Part shown: one piece after another, positions 13,616 through 26,538 of the stretch
Layout: each line of letters opens with the position of its first letter
Numbering within the stretch: the stretch's first letter is position 1
Assembly: GCA_950097015.1 (NCBI GenBank)
Contig: CATNEN010000033.1
Span: 4,154,001-4,218,000, forward strand
Direction of reading: 5' to 3'
Length of the DNA: 64,000 bases
Origin: Macrostomum hystrix
Lineage: Eukaryota > Animalia > Platyhelminthes
Made by a program: the position numbers and the translations under genes
Notes under the pieces: generated by a model
Told to the model about the DNA's origin: nothing
Database searches by the model: none
The model's input: the letters and a program-made list of their open reading frames with translations, nothing else

Positions 13616-16600
13616 ATGACAGACAAGCATGACCAGTCCAGCGATGGGCGGCTCGGCAGCGGACGGCGAGGCGGCAGCGTTGACAGGAAAGGCGACAGCC
13701 ATGTCGATGATTCGGCCAGGGACTCTCGCCTGACACCTGGTTCCGTGGCCGGTCTGTCGGAGGCCAAGAAGGCCGACGCTGATTTGGATGGCTGGTTCTC
13801 AGAACCCGTCCTGCACTCAGAAAGTGCGACTGAGGCTGTTGCTGAGGCTTCTGCTAATTATGATGATGATGATGGAGACGCGGAAGCAGCTATTTGCGAA
13901 TCGAAAGAGGACAAGTCTGCATCGAGCAATATATTGTCTGATCCGGTAAGCATTGTATACATTTTACCTTCATTTCACTGCACTTCTGCACAAAACTTCT
14001 ACAGAATTGTTCAATTAAAAAAAGTTATCATACCTTTTGATTGCGTTGTAACTAAGCGGGAAATTCTAGTAGTTCTAGTCTACCCACACACCACTCGTAT
14101 TATTCGTAAGTTTCCTGTCAGTCTGTACCCTAGTAATATCCCAGATCCTCAAGCTGACTTCCCAGATCCTCAGGCTGACTTCCCAGATCCTCAGGCTGAC
14201 TTCCCAGATCCTCAGGCTGACTTCCCAGATCCTCAAGCTGACTTCCCAGATCCTCAGGCTGACTTCCCAGATCCTCAAGCTGACTTCCCAGATCCTCAGG
14301 CTGACTTCCCAGATCCTCAGGCTGACTTCCCAGATCCTCAGGCTGACTTCCCAGATCCTCAGGCTGACTTCCCAGATCCTCAAGCTGACTTCCCAGATCC
14401 TCAGGCTGACTTCCCAGATCCTCAAGCTGACTTCCCAGATCCTCAGGCTGACTTCCCAGATCCTCAAGCTGACTTCCCAGATCCTCAGGCTGACTTCCCA
14501 GATCCTCAGGCTGACTTCCCAGATCCTCAAGCTGACTTCCCAGATCCTCAGGCTGACTTCCCAGATCCTCAGTATGGTGTGTAATGACTTCCCAGATCCT
14601 CAGTTTGGTGTGTAATGACTTCCCAGATCCTCAGTTTGGTGTGTAATGACTTCCCAGATCCTCAGTTTGGTGTGTAATGACTTCCCAGATCCTCAGTTTG
14701 GTGTGTAATGACTTCCCAGATCCTCAGTTTGGTGTGTAATGACTTCCCAGATCCTCAGTTTGGTCCTCTTTGGAATCCCTGTAGATCCAAGATTTGTTTA
14801 AATTTTACGCATTTTTCCAGCATCTGTCAATCTTCTGCAAGTTGAGAGTAAATGGAAGAGTAAATTGTAGACAACTTTCTGTGCCATCTAGTACATTCTG
14901 TGCGGTTCGGCGGTGTCTGCAAACACGGTTACATTTGTAGCATCGCATCTTCATTTTGTTCGGCAAAAAATTTAAGCAAACAATCTAACAGAGTGGAAGG
15001 AAAGGCTCTTTTAAAACAAGGCATAATTATAGTCCTCTGTCTAGTTACCACATTTTCTGTCTCTCTCGCCTCTGCCACTCCGCCATTGGCTGAGGCACTC
15101 CAGCTGGGGACTCTCCGTCGCACCCCGCTGTCGCTATGTATGCCAACGGCTAGCAGCTATCCAGGTCCCAGCATGAGACTCTCGCAAACTATTTTCGAGC
15201 CCCTTGTCGAGGAATAATAAAGAGAAATCGAAACAAGAGGCCTTCAAAATGCGTCGATCAGCTAACGTTGCCACGGCAACTAGGTCATCCTCTGTCTCCT
15301 CTCGTGTAGACGGTATCACGCCAAGATCAGAAGGATTTACTGCTCCTGTGTACTCAACCACTGTGCGCATTGTGAGGCACCAAAGCTCTTCCAAGCTCTG
15401 ATTAGAACTCTATACAGTTCTAATCAGCGCATCATTGTTTAAAATCACTTCAAGAACAACAAGAACTACACAGAAATCCACAATCTGCCACTCCCACTAT
15501 TTATAATAACATTCTTAATCTTACACTAATGTCGCCCAAGAGCATCTAGAATCGCCACACCTCTAGAATCGCCACAACACCTCTAGAATCGCCACAACAC
15601 CTCTAGAATCGCCACAACACCTCTAGAATCGCCACACCTCTAGAATCGCCACACCTTTAGAATCGCCACACCTCTAAAATCGCCACACCTCTAGAATCGC
15701 CACACCTCTAGAATCGCCACACCTCTAGAATCGCCACACCTCTAGAATCGCCACACCTCTAGAATCGCCACACCTCTAGAATCGCCACAACACCTCTAGA
15801 ATCACCACAACACCTCTAGAATCGTCACAACTCTGGAATCGCCGCAACACTAGAATCGCCACAACACCTCTAGAATCGCCACAACACCTTTAGAATCACC
15901 ACAACACCTCTAGAATCGCCACAACTCTGGAATCGCCACAACACTAGAATCGCCACAACACCTCTAGAATCGCCACAACACCTCTAGAATCGCCACAACA
16001 CCTCTAGAATCGCCACACCTCTAGAATCGCCACACCTCTAGAATCGCCACAACACCTCTAGAATCGCCACACCTCTATAATCGCCACACCTCTAGAATCG
16101 CCACAACACCTCTAGAATCGCCACAACACCTCTAGAATCGCCACAACACCTTTAGAATCGCCACAACACCTTTAGAATCGCCACAACACCTTTAAACCAC
16201 ATCTTTAGACAACACCATCGTCACAACACCTCTAGAATCGCCACAACACCTTTAGAATCGCCACAACACCTTTAGAATCGCCAAAACACCTTTAGACCAC
16301 ACCTTTAGACAACACCATCGTCACAACACCTCTAGAATCGCCACAACACCTCTAGAATCGCCACAACACCTCTAGAATCGCCACACCTCTATAATCGCCA
16401 CACCTCTAGAATCGCCACAACACCTCTAGAATCGCCACACCTCTAGAATCGCCACAACACCTCTAGAATCGCCACAACACCTCTAGAATCGTCACAACAC
16501 CTCTAGAATCGCCACAACACCTTTAGAATCGCCACAACACCTTTAGAATCGCCAAAACACCTTTAGACCACACCTTTAGACAACACCATCGTCACAACAC

Positions 16601-19600
16601 CTCTAGAATCGCCACAACACCTCTAGAATCGCCACAACACCTCTAGAATCGCCACAACACCTCTAGAATCGCCACAACACCTCTAGAATCGGCACAACAC
16701 TTCTAGAATCGCCACAACACTTCTAGAATCGCCACAACACTTCTAGAATCGCCACAACACCTCTAGAATCGCCACAACACCTCTAGAATCGCCACAACAC
16801 CTCTAGAATCGCCACAACACCTTTAGAATCGCCACAACACCTTTAAACCACATCTTTAGACAACACCATCGTCACAACACCTCTAGAATCGCCACAACAC
16901 CTTTAGAATCGCCACAACACCTTTAGAATCGCCAAAACACCTTTAGACCACACCTTTAGACAACACCATCGTCACAACACCTCTAGAATCGCCACAACAC
17001 CTCTAGAATCGCCACAACACCTCTAGAATCGCCACACCTCTATAATCGCCACACCTCTAGAATCGCCACAACACCTCTAGAATCGCCACAACACCTTTAG
17101 AATCGCCACAACACCTTTAAACCACATCTTTAGACAACACCACCGTCACAACACCTCTAGAATCGCCACAACACCTTTAGAATCGCCACAACACCTTTAG
17201 AATCGCCAAAACACCTTTAGACCACACCTTTAGACAACATCATCGTCACAACACCTCTAGAATCGCCACAACACCTTTAGAATCGCCACAACACCTTTAG
17301 AATCGCCACAACACCTTTAGAATCGCCACAACACCTTTAAACCACATCTTTAGACAACACCATCGTCACAACACCTCTAGAATCGCCACAACACCTTTAG
17401 AATCGCCACAACACCTTTAGAATCGCCAAAACACCTTTAGACCACACCTTTAGACAACACCATCGTCACAACACCTCTAGAATCGCCACAACACCTCTAG
17501 AATCGCCACAACACCTCTAGAATCGCCACAACACCTCTAGAATCGCCACACCTCTATAATCGCCACACCTCTAGAATCGCCACAACACCTCTAGAATCGC
17601 CACAACACCTCTAGAATCGCCACAACACCTTTAGAATCGCCACAACACCTTTAAACCACATCTTTAGACAACACCATCGTCACAACACCTCTAGAATCGC
17701 CACAACACCTTTAGAATCGCCACAACACCTTTAGAATCGCCAAAACACCTTTAGACCACACCTTTAGACAACACCATCGTCACAACACCTCTAGAATCGC
17801 CACAACACCTTTAGAATCGCCACAACACCTTTAGAATCGCCACAACACCTTTAAACCACATCTTTAGACAACACCATCGTCACAACACCTCTAGAATCGC
17901 CACAATACCTTTAGAATCGCCACAACACCTTTAGAATCGCCAAAACACCTTTAGACCACACCTTTAGACAACACCATCGTCACAACACCTCTAGAATCGC
18001 CACAACACCTCTAGAATCGCCACAACACCTCTAGAATCGCCACACCTCTATAATCGCCACACCTCTAGAATCGCCACAACACCTCTAGAATCGCCACAAC
18101 ACCTCTAGAATCGCCACAACACCTTTAGAATCGCCACAACACCTTTAAACCACATCTTTAGACAACACCATCGTCACAACACCTCTAGAATCGCCACAAC
18201 ACCTTTAGAATCGCCACAACACCTTTAGAATCGCCAAAACACCTTTAGACCACACCTTTAGACAACACCATCGTCACAACACCTCTAGAATCGCCACAAC
18301 ACCTCTAGAATCGCCACAACACCTCTAGAATCGCCACACCTCTATAATCGCCACACCTCTAGAATCGCCACAACACCTCTAGAATCGCCACAACACCTCT
18401 AGAATCGCCACACCTCTAGAATCGCCACACCTCTAGAATCGCCACAACACCTCTAGAATCGCCACACCTCTAGAATCGCCACAACACCTCTAGAATCGCC
18501 ACAACACCTCTAGAATCGTCACAACACCTCTAGAATCGCCACAACACCTTTAGAATCGCCACAACACCTTTAGAATCGCCAAAACACCTTTAGACCACAC
18601 CTTTAGACAACACCATCGTCACAACACCTCTAGAATCGCCACAACACCTCTAGAATCGCCACAACACCTCTAGAATTGCCACAACACCTCTAGAATCGCC
18701 ACAACACCTCTAGAATCGGCACAACACTTCTAGAATCGCCACAACACTTCTAGAATCGCCACAACACTTCTAGAATCGCCACAACACCTCTAGAATCGCC
18801 ACAACACCTCTAGAATCGCCACAACACCTTTAGAATCGCCACAACACCTTTAGAATCGCCACAACACCTCTAGAATCGCCACAACACCTTTAGAATCGCC
18901 ACGACATAAAAACACTGTTCAAATTTCCGGGCGAACTTACTATTCGCTTAAACAAATTTTCTTTTCATCGCCATGCCTCTTGTTAATACAATTGTGGCTA
19001 TTTATAGATTTTCGGCCTGGTTTTTCTATTTCCAGTTGGCACTAGACCAGAAGATTGATTATGCTTGAGGCTAGAGTTGAATTTACCCTAAAACCTAACG
19101 GGTTGGCCACTTTCGGTTGGTCGACCTTGACTGTCGAATATTTATTAACTTTTTAATAGATACGGTGGGACCAACCGCTTTGTGTTTTGCATATTATCGG
19201 CTCTTAAAATGCTTGTCTTTTTCTGGCCTTGCGTATTCTACTTTAGTCTCCACTGGTGGCCTGGGAAGCCTGACTATCAGGCCTTTTAAACCAGTTGCTT
19301 CGCTTATAAACAGAGGTGCTAGTGTGCGTTTTAGTTCTAGAAACCTGTCGCACTTTCACCTTTAGCTCGGAAATATCCGCTTGTGTATAAATATTCCTCA
19401 CTTGTGCCATGTGCATATTAGCATAATTAATAATTAATAAGATCTGCTGTTGCTATGCAGAACTGTGAGCCGGTTCGCACAAAACGAGCTTCTTTATAAA
19501 CGGACAGAGATGCTTCAGGCTCAGCCAGCACCCACTCCCTGATGATTCAGGCTCAGCCATCACCCACTCCCTGATGCTTCAGGCTCAGCCAGCACCCACT

Positions 19601-22068
19601 CCCTGATGATTCAGGCTCAGCCATCACCCACTCCCTGTTGATTCAGGCTCAGCCATCACCCACTCCCTGATGATTCAGGCTCAGCCATCACCCACTCCCT
19701 GATGCTTCAGACTCAGCCATCACCCACTCCCTGATGCTTCAGGCTCAGCCAGCACCCGAATCCTAGAATATTCTGTTATTACAGAATTAAAATAAAAACA
19801 AAGAAATTCCTAAACTTTCTAGCAATTTTCGACACGATATGGAGGCTCCGTCTCCTAATGTAGCTACGCCCCCAATCCAGTCACGAATCTGTAATTGGAT
19901 TTCTCTTTCTCTATAAAAAAATAGAATTCCTCCGCTAGTTGTTCGCTGGGCAGCTAGAAAGCCGATATTGGAAGGAGTCAATTTCCTAAGGGATAATCTC
20001 CTTGGGAGTTGGGATTCTTAACTCTCCATCTGTGATATGGATGAGTCCAGTTACCCCGAATGCTCATGTCGTACTTGCTGGCGACAGACTTCTAATTGGC
20101 GCCCACTGAGTTAGTTAATGTGAAATTTCGCAGCATAACTGTGCCCATAGCCCCATACTCGATTATGGTAGCGAATTGTGTACTTTTATGCTGTCTGTAC
20201 CGTCAGCTACTATATATATAATTACATGGCTTTTCTTGGATGGATTTCTAGCGTTTTTGCTTTGATTTTCTATTCATCAGATACCCGGCGGCCCGGTTCG
20301 ACACCAGTCATCTGACTCGGCCTCCTCGACTGCATCTTCATCGTCCGCGGCTGCTCCAGAAGCCGCGGCGGAGGCGGCTGTAGCTCCGGAGCCCGCAGCC
20401 GCCGCCAGACCGATACCGATTCCGCGCGGGGTTCAGCGGCCTCCTCAGCAGCCAAATTTGCCTCATCAGAACAACATCAATCCGGCCCAGCAGGCCAGCC
20501 TCACCTCCGATGATGAGGGACTTCCGCGTAGTCCAACTCCGGGCGCTGACGAGGAACCCCGACTACATCACAGCCGGTCGGCCTCCACTAGGTCGCTTCT
20601 GTCCTACGGCTCCTCAACCGACGATGTTCCCGACGCTGTGGGTGCCGGTGCTGCTGGCGGCGCAGCCGACCCGCTGGACCACTCGGCAGCGCAGCACAAA
20701 ATGGCTGTCAGGCGGCCCGCTAGACGGCCGACATCCCAACATCGACACGCCGTCGGTAGCGCCGGCGCTGGCGTATCCTCCAGTGTTGGCGGCTCGACAG
20801 CGACGTCGGGAGCTTCAACATCCGCTGCCGCCTTATCGCTAGCTGGCTTGAGCTTTATTCGCGAAGAGACGGCCGTCCAGACAGCCAAGGCGGCTCTGCC
20901 AATTGTCGAAGACGAGCTCCGACCAGCGCGATGGCAGCAGCCGGCGTCGACAACAGCAACGCAGCCGTCGACGACCAAAGAGTCGCCGAAGCGCATAATC
21001 GGTCAGGCGACGCCTTTCGCCGCTTTGCTGGCCGGCGGCGCCGGTAATCGGAATAGCGTCGGCGCCGTGCCGTTGCCCCAGCTGCGTCGACGGACGACTA
21101 ACCCGACGTCGCAGGACGACGCGTCGCCGTCAACTGAGCAGGCGCCGCGGCAGCCGCCGATAGAATTCGCCGCCGTCCAGCTGCGCAAAACTCGCACAAT
21201 GGCCGCCTCGGAATTTGCCTCGATTGGTGACTCGACGCCAACGATACCGCCAGCGAAGCCGTCGTCCATCGTTGCCCAGAAGGCCCGGCCTTCGAGCGTT
21301 TTCGCCTCCTCCAGGCAGGCCGGAAACGCCACCGCATCCCCCTCTGCTTCATCCGAAAATCCTATTGCGGCCGCTCGGGCGCAGCTTGCTAGCCGATCGG
21401 TTGCCATGGAAAATAATAAGCCTCCTTTGGCGCCCGCTTCCGTGCTTGCCACCGCAGCTCCCAACAAGTCAGGCGTTGAAAAGCTGTCCTCGGCCTCAAT
21501 AGCGGCAGAGGCGCCGCCGCCAGCGCTGAAGCCGGCTGGGAAGCCGCCGGCTGCTGGCTCCGGAGCCGCGCCGCCGATTCCGCTCGGACCGAAGCCGCGC
21601 CTGGCGCCACGGCCAGCCGTCTCCGCTGTGCCAACGTCGCGCTCCTCCGATCACATCGCGGCCGAAAAGAAACTGCCAGCGCCGCAGGCAAATGCCGCCA
21701 GCTCGGAGTCGTCTTCTAGTGCAAAAAACGCTGCCTCTGCTTCGACTTCGGCAGGCTCTGCAAAAGGCAGCGCCGGTGATCCGCCCGCTGATTTTCTGCG
21801 CCGACGGCTCAAACCGGTGTCAAGAGGCTCGGGCGATTCAGCTTCAGCCGCCTCCGACGCTACTGCGATAGCCGGCAGCAGCATGAGCAAATCCACGCCG
21901 GACTTGTCCGCCCAGTTATTTGGCGGCCTCCGCCCGGTGCCAGTGAAATTGGAATCTAAGTCGGATTCCTCTCAGCCAGTAGTCGGCGCGGCTGCTCCGC
22001 CTGCCAGGGCGCCATCGATGCGTCAGTCGCGAGTGCTGGAGATGGTGCGCAAGATGCAGGAGAAATGA
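13616..22068 (+). CDS. CRACD/KIAA1211-like (DUF4592-motif) proline/alanine-rich putative actin regulator; exons 13616-13945 and 20281-22068, ~705 aa
   Basis: Donor CCG|GTAAGC at 13946 and acceptor TTCATCAG| at 20280 are both phase 0 and give a continuous ORF. An in-frame stop lies upstream of ATG 13616. The motif LDHSAAQHKMAVRRPARR resembles LDNSAAKHKLAVKPKKQR of CRACD as recalled. AATAAA at 22435. Extra internal exons cannot be excluded. Confidence 0.65.
14140..14762. repeat. Compound minisatellite: 21-bp CCCAGATCCTCAGGCTGACTT (~20x), then 31-bp GACTTCCCAGATCCTCAGTTTGGTGTGTAAT (~6x)
   Basis: Direct reading. Unit switch near 14571. Confidence 0.98.
15545..18902. repeat. 3.35-kb 17/20-bp minisatellite (AC)ACACCTCTAGAATCGCCAC(A) with higher-order blocks
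   Basis: Direct reading. TCTAGA core; recurring variant blocks. Confidence 0.99.
19509..19757. repeat. 32-bp minisatellite TCAGGCTCAGCCA(G/T)CACCCACTCCCTGATG(A/C)T, ~7.5 copies
   Basis: Direct reading. CCTGA-tgat-TCAGG hairpin across the unit junction. Confidence 0.96.
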
Positions 22069-23204
22069 CCCGCCTTTGCATGCACTATTAAAGGCTGAGG
22101 CTCAGTTCAACCATTTTGGGCCGTTTTTCCTCAACTAGCCTACTCATAGTAGAGCTATGCCAACGTTAAATAAATGCTACGTACATGTGCATGTAGTGAA
22201 CGGGAATTATTTGAGGACACTGTTTTTTTATCTCCAAGACATTTCATATTGTTTGATTGTTATTGATTTCTTTCTGATTCGTTATTATTACTGTTACTTT
22301 AGTTGACTGACTGACTCGGTGAAGGACCTTTGCAACGATAACTAAATGGTTATCATTGTTTATCTAAAAAACAGCTTTAGCTTCTCCGTGTGCAACTTCT
22401 TACCAATGCATCTCCAGTGCTTTAGTTTGCCGTTAATAAAGCTTTCCTGATATTTGTTTGTATCTAATTTATAATCTTCTGTTTAACATGATTTCATTTA
22501 CTGCCCATAGTTGCAAGTGAGTTGGTCCTATATTCCACTCTTTGTACATTCTCTATGCTGCCACAGCTATCTAAATTTGTATTTGAAAAATCCTTACTTT
22601 TATTTACATTCAGATTTTTATTAATGTGTACCATTCTTTTGCTACTTAATTGCTTTAGAACATTTCCGTATTTCTGCGCACTACTTCTAGTAGATTCCAT
22701 GGATTTTAATAGATTTATTTGTGTCTATTTTTTCTAACTACAGCGGTTATAATTTATTTATAAATAAAAATGCAACTTAATAATGGCCCCACACATTAAC
22801 TGCGGCTTGTTCGTGAAGAAAAACTTATAGTAAGCTTATTAGATCGTATAAACAATTCCATAGACTCTTTGCTAAGCTAACGGCTTTGACATTCATAATT
22901 GGGCAATGTTCGAAAGGGTCTCATCATTTTATTGTCTTAAAACTTGAAATATTGTACCTTTAACTTTACTTTTTAATTAATTTAACCAGACAGTTTATAA
23001 TTTATAGGCTATAGCGCAGCTTTGTTCTTTACCGCAATATTCCGATCTGCAACTCCATGTTCGGTAGTGTTTTAGTCATTTTTAGTCTGTTAATATAAAT
23101 GTTATTTGACAATATTTTTGTTATTTAACTACTGTGTTTCTTAGAGCATTCCTCGAGATCTGATCTCATCATTATCTTTTGACAATGCTTGCGTTTCTAG
23201 CGAC

Positions 23205-24530
23205 TCTTTTTACTCTTATCCGCCTCCTTGTTACTCTAATCCACCTACTTATCACTCTAATCCACTTCCTTGTCACTCTAATCCACCTACTTATCACTCT
23301 AATCCACTTCCTTGTCACTCTAATCCACCTACTTATCACTCTAATCCACTTCCTTGTCACTCTAATCCACCTACTTATCACTCTAATCTACTTCCTTGTC
23401 ACTCTAATCCACCTACTTATCACTCTAATCCACTTCCTTGTCACTCTAATCCACCTACTTATCACTCTAATCCACTTCCTTGTCACTCTAATCCACCTCC
23501 TTGTTACTCTAATCCACCTCCTTGTCACTCTTATCCACGTCCTTGTCACTCTAATCCATGTCCTTTTCACTCTAATCCACCTCCTTGTCACTATAATCCA
23601 CGTCCTTGTCACTCTAATCCACGTCCTTGTCACTTTAATCCACCTGCTTGTCACTCTAATCCGCCTTGTCACTGAAATCCACCTCCTTGTCACTATAATC
23701 CACGTCCTTGTCACTCTAATCCATGTCCTTGTCACTCTAATCCACCTCCTTGTCACTCTAATCCATGTCCTTATCACTCTATTCCATGTCCTTTTCACTC
23801 AAATCCACCTCCTTGTCACTATAATCCACGTCCTTGTCACTCTAATCCACGTCCTTGTCACTCTAATCCATGTCCTTATCACTCTAATCCATGTCCTTGT
23901 CACTCAAATCCACCTCCTTGTCACTCTAATCCATGTCCTTGTCACTCTAATCCACCTCCTTGTCACTCTAATTCATGTCCTTATCACTCTATTCCATGTC
24001 CTTTTCACTCAAATCCACCTCCTTGTCACTATAATCCACGTCCTTGTCACTCTAATCCACGTCCTTGTCACTCTAATCCATGTCCTTATCACTCTAATCC
24101 ATGTCCTTGTCACTCAAATCCACCTCCTTGTCACTCTAATTCATGTCCTTATCACTCTATTCCATGTCCTTTTCACTCAAATCCACCTCCTTGTCACTAT
24201 AATCCACGTCCTTGTCACTCTAATCCACGTCCTTGTCACTCTAATCCATGTCCTTTTCACTCAAATCCACCTCCTTGTCACTCTAATCCATGTCCTTTTC
24301 ACTCAAATCCACCTCCTTGTCACTCTAATCCATGTCCTTGTCACTCAAATCCACCTCCTTGTCACTCTATTCCATGTCCTTTTCACTCAAATCCACCTCC
24401 TTGTCACTCTAATCCATGTCCTTTTCACTCAAATCCACCTCCTTGTCACTCTAATCCATGTCCTTTTCATTATTATCCATGTCCTTGTCACTCTTATCCA
24501 TTTCCTTGTCACTCTAATCCATGTCCTAAT
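23205..24530. repeat. 21-bp minisatellite ACTCTAATCCACCTCCTTGTC, ~62 copies
   Basis: Direct reading. Confidence 0.98.
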
Positions 24531-25164
24531 CTGCAATATTCAGCAGCAACACTTCAATGGTCTGGGTGTTTTTTGTCATTTTTACAGCAATGTCTGGATT
24601 TCAATACTTTGATTTGATATCCATTTGATTATAATTTGTGTTTGTCTCCGAGAAACACAGCATAAAACATAATAATTCTTTCTCATTTATAGTACTTTTA
24701 GCAATAGCAAATTGGCTGTCCGCTGTTCGTTTCTCAGAAAGAATTCCAAAATCCGAACCCTGGCTACTTTCACACTCGCCTTAAACAGGTGTAGAAATTT
24801 ACTTATTAAATATGTTCACTTTTCTGTCTACTTATTTTTGTAACTGGAACAAAAATTACGCCTTGAAAACTGCCAGACTGTGCAACTTTGCACTGTAAAT
24901 GCTGTACTACGCTAACTAATCAGTTGCCTTGAATAGCGCTTTATTCACTTCTGTGGAACTCTCTGTCAGCGCTACCTATTTACCGAAAACACCAAATATG
25001 ACTGAAATATTATTCTCTCATCTGACAGAGACATTTAATTTTGTGTCATCTATATTAAAGCAACGGTACTTTTTGTCCACCACAATGCTTTTAGTTGTCC
25101 TCATTGTTTCTTTCTGAATAAAAGTACTTCAGGGTGTTGATCTGGAGCTAGACAGGTAGACAGG

Positions 25165-25768
25165 ACAGGTAGTCAGCTGACCCACAGTCACTCAGTCACA
25201 GGTAGTCAGCTGACCCACACTCAGTTACAGGTAGTCAGCTGACCCACAGTCACTCAGCTACAGGTAGTCAGCTGACCCACAGTCACTCAGTCACACATAG
25301 TCAGCTGACCCACACTCAGTTACAGGTAGTCAGCTGACCCACAGTCACTCAGCTACAGGTAGTCAGCTGACCCACAGTCACTCAGTCACAGGTAGTCAGC
25401 TGACCCACACTCAGTTACAGGTAGTCAGCTGACCCACAGTCACTCAGCTACAGGTAGTCAGCTGACCCACAGTCACTCAGTTACAGGTAGTCAGCTGATC
25501 CACAGTCACTCAGTCACAGGTAGTCAGCTGACTCACACTCAGTTACAGGTAGTCAGCTGACCCACAGTCACTCAGTCACAGGTAGTCAGCTGACCCACAG
25601 TCACTCAGCTACAGGTAGTCAGCTGACCCACAGTCACTCAGTTACAGGTAGTCAGCTGACCCACACTCAGTTACAGGTAGTCAGCTGACCCACAGTCACT
25701 CAGTTACAGGTAGTCAGCTGACCCACAGTCACTCAGTTACAGGTAGTCAGCTGACCCACAGTCAGTCA
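25165..25768. repeat. 33/29-bp minisatellite ACAGGTAGTCAGCTGACCCACA(GTCA)CTCAGT(C/T), ~19 copies
   Basis: Direct reading. Perfect 10-bp palindrome GTCAGCTGAC. Confidence 0.98.
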
Positions 25769-25861
25769 GGTGCAGATAGGCAGGCTCAGTGTAGCAAGGT
25801 TAACATCTGGTCATAAGCGCATTGTGACAATGTCCTCAAACGAACTGCAGAGAGCGAAGCC

Positions 25862-26344
25862 ATGGACCCGAATCATCACCTTGAGGAGAGCCTGATCAGC
25901 ACCATTGGCGGCCTGGGCGCTGAGCTGGACAAGCTGCAGCGCAACCTGGACACCGAGCTCAAGTTCATCTCCGCCCTGGAGCAGAAGCTGGACCAGGCTA
26001 GGTCGCGCGCTGCCACGGCTCGTGGTCAGGCCGACCTGCTAGAAGAAGCCGTCAGGAAGGCCGACGTTGAAATGACCCGTCTGGAGCGGGCCACTGAGCT
26101 GGCGATTCGCTCCACGGAGATCGGCAAGCGACACGCCGGCCAGGTGACCGAGCGACTGCGGCTGCAGCGAGAGCTCTGCGAGGAGCAGCGGAAGCAGCTT
26201 GGCGAGCGGGTCATCCGGCTGGAGGCCCTGGCCGCTGAACGGTTGAAGGCTATCGACAATGCCCCCGTGCCCGCGGCCGCTGACAAGCCCAACATGACCG
26301 ATTTTATCAAGATGGCCGTGGAAAAACGCATTCTCGAACTTTGA
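25862..26344 (+). CDS. Uncharacterised coiled-coil protein, 160 aa, single coding exon
   Basis: ATG-TGA ORF with strongly GC3-biased codons like neighbouring true exons. Heptad-like L/E/R/Q/A composition. Acceptor CTGCAG| at 25850, 11 nt before the ATG. Confidence 0.75.
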   Translation: MDPNHHLEESLISTIGGLGAELDKLQRNLDTELKFISALEQKLDQARSRAATARGQADLLEEAVRKADVEMTRLERATELAIRSTEIGKRHAGQVTERLRLQRELCEEQRKQLGERVIRLEALAAERLKAIDNAPVPAAADKPNMTDFIKMAVEKRILEL

Positions 26345-26538
26345 TTTGGATAATCGCTTTCTTGGGATTATTTGAGATTAAAGACTGCAGTTTTGCTTCC
26401 CACTCTTGGTCCTGCTTTTGCAGCATTCGTTTTTTTACAGTTTTTTCTTTCCTGACGCTTCTACAGCGACAAGAATTTAACACCAAAACCAAAAAATAGC
26501 CTATTTTTAATCCTGAATAAAAGCATTTTTAATGCTAA

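Noticed and set aside
14900-15401. Overlapping short ORFs on both strands in the CRACD-like intron
   Set aside because: No consistent splice sites or homology recognised.
20270-21896. Many antisense and alternative-frame ORFs over GC-rich exons (also at 29700-31250 and 38200-42560)
   Set aside because: Expected shadow ORFs of GC3-rich coding sequence.
23179-24612. 477-aa hydrophobic (VTLIHLL)n ORF
   Set aside because: 21-bp satellite read-through; no domain or splice context.
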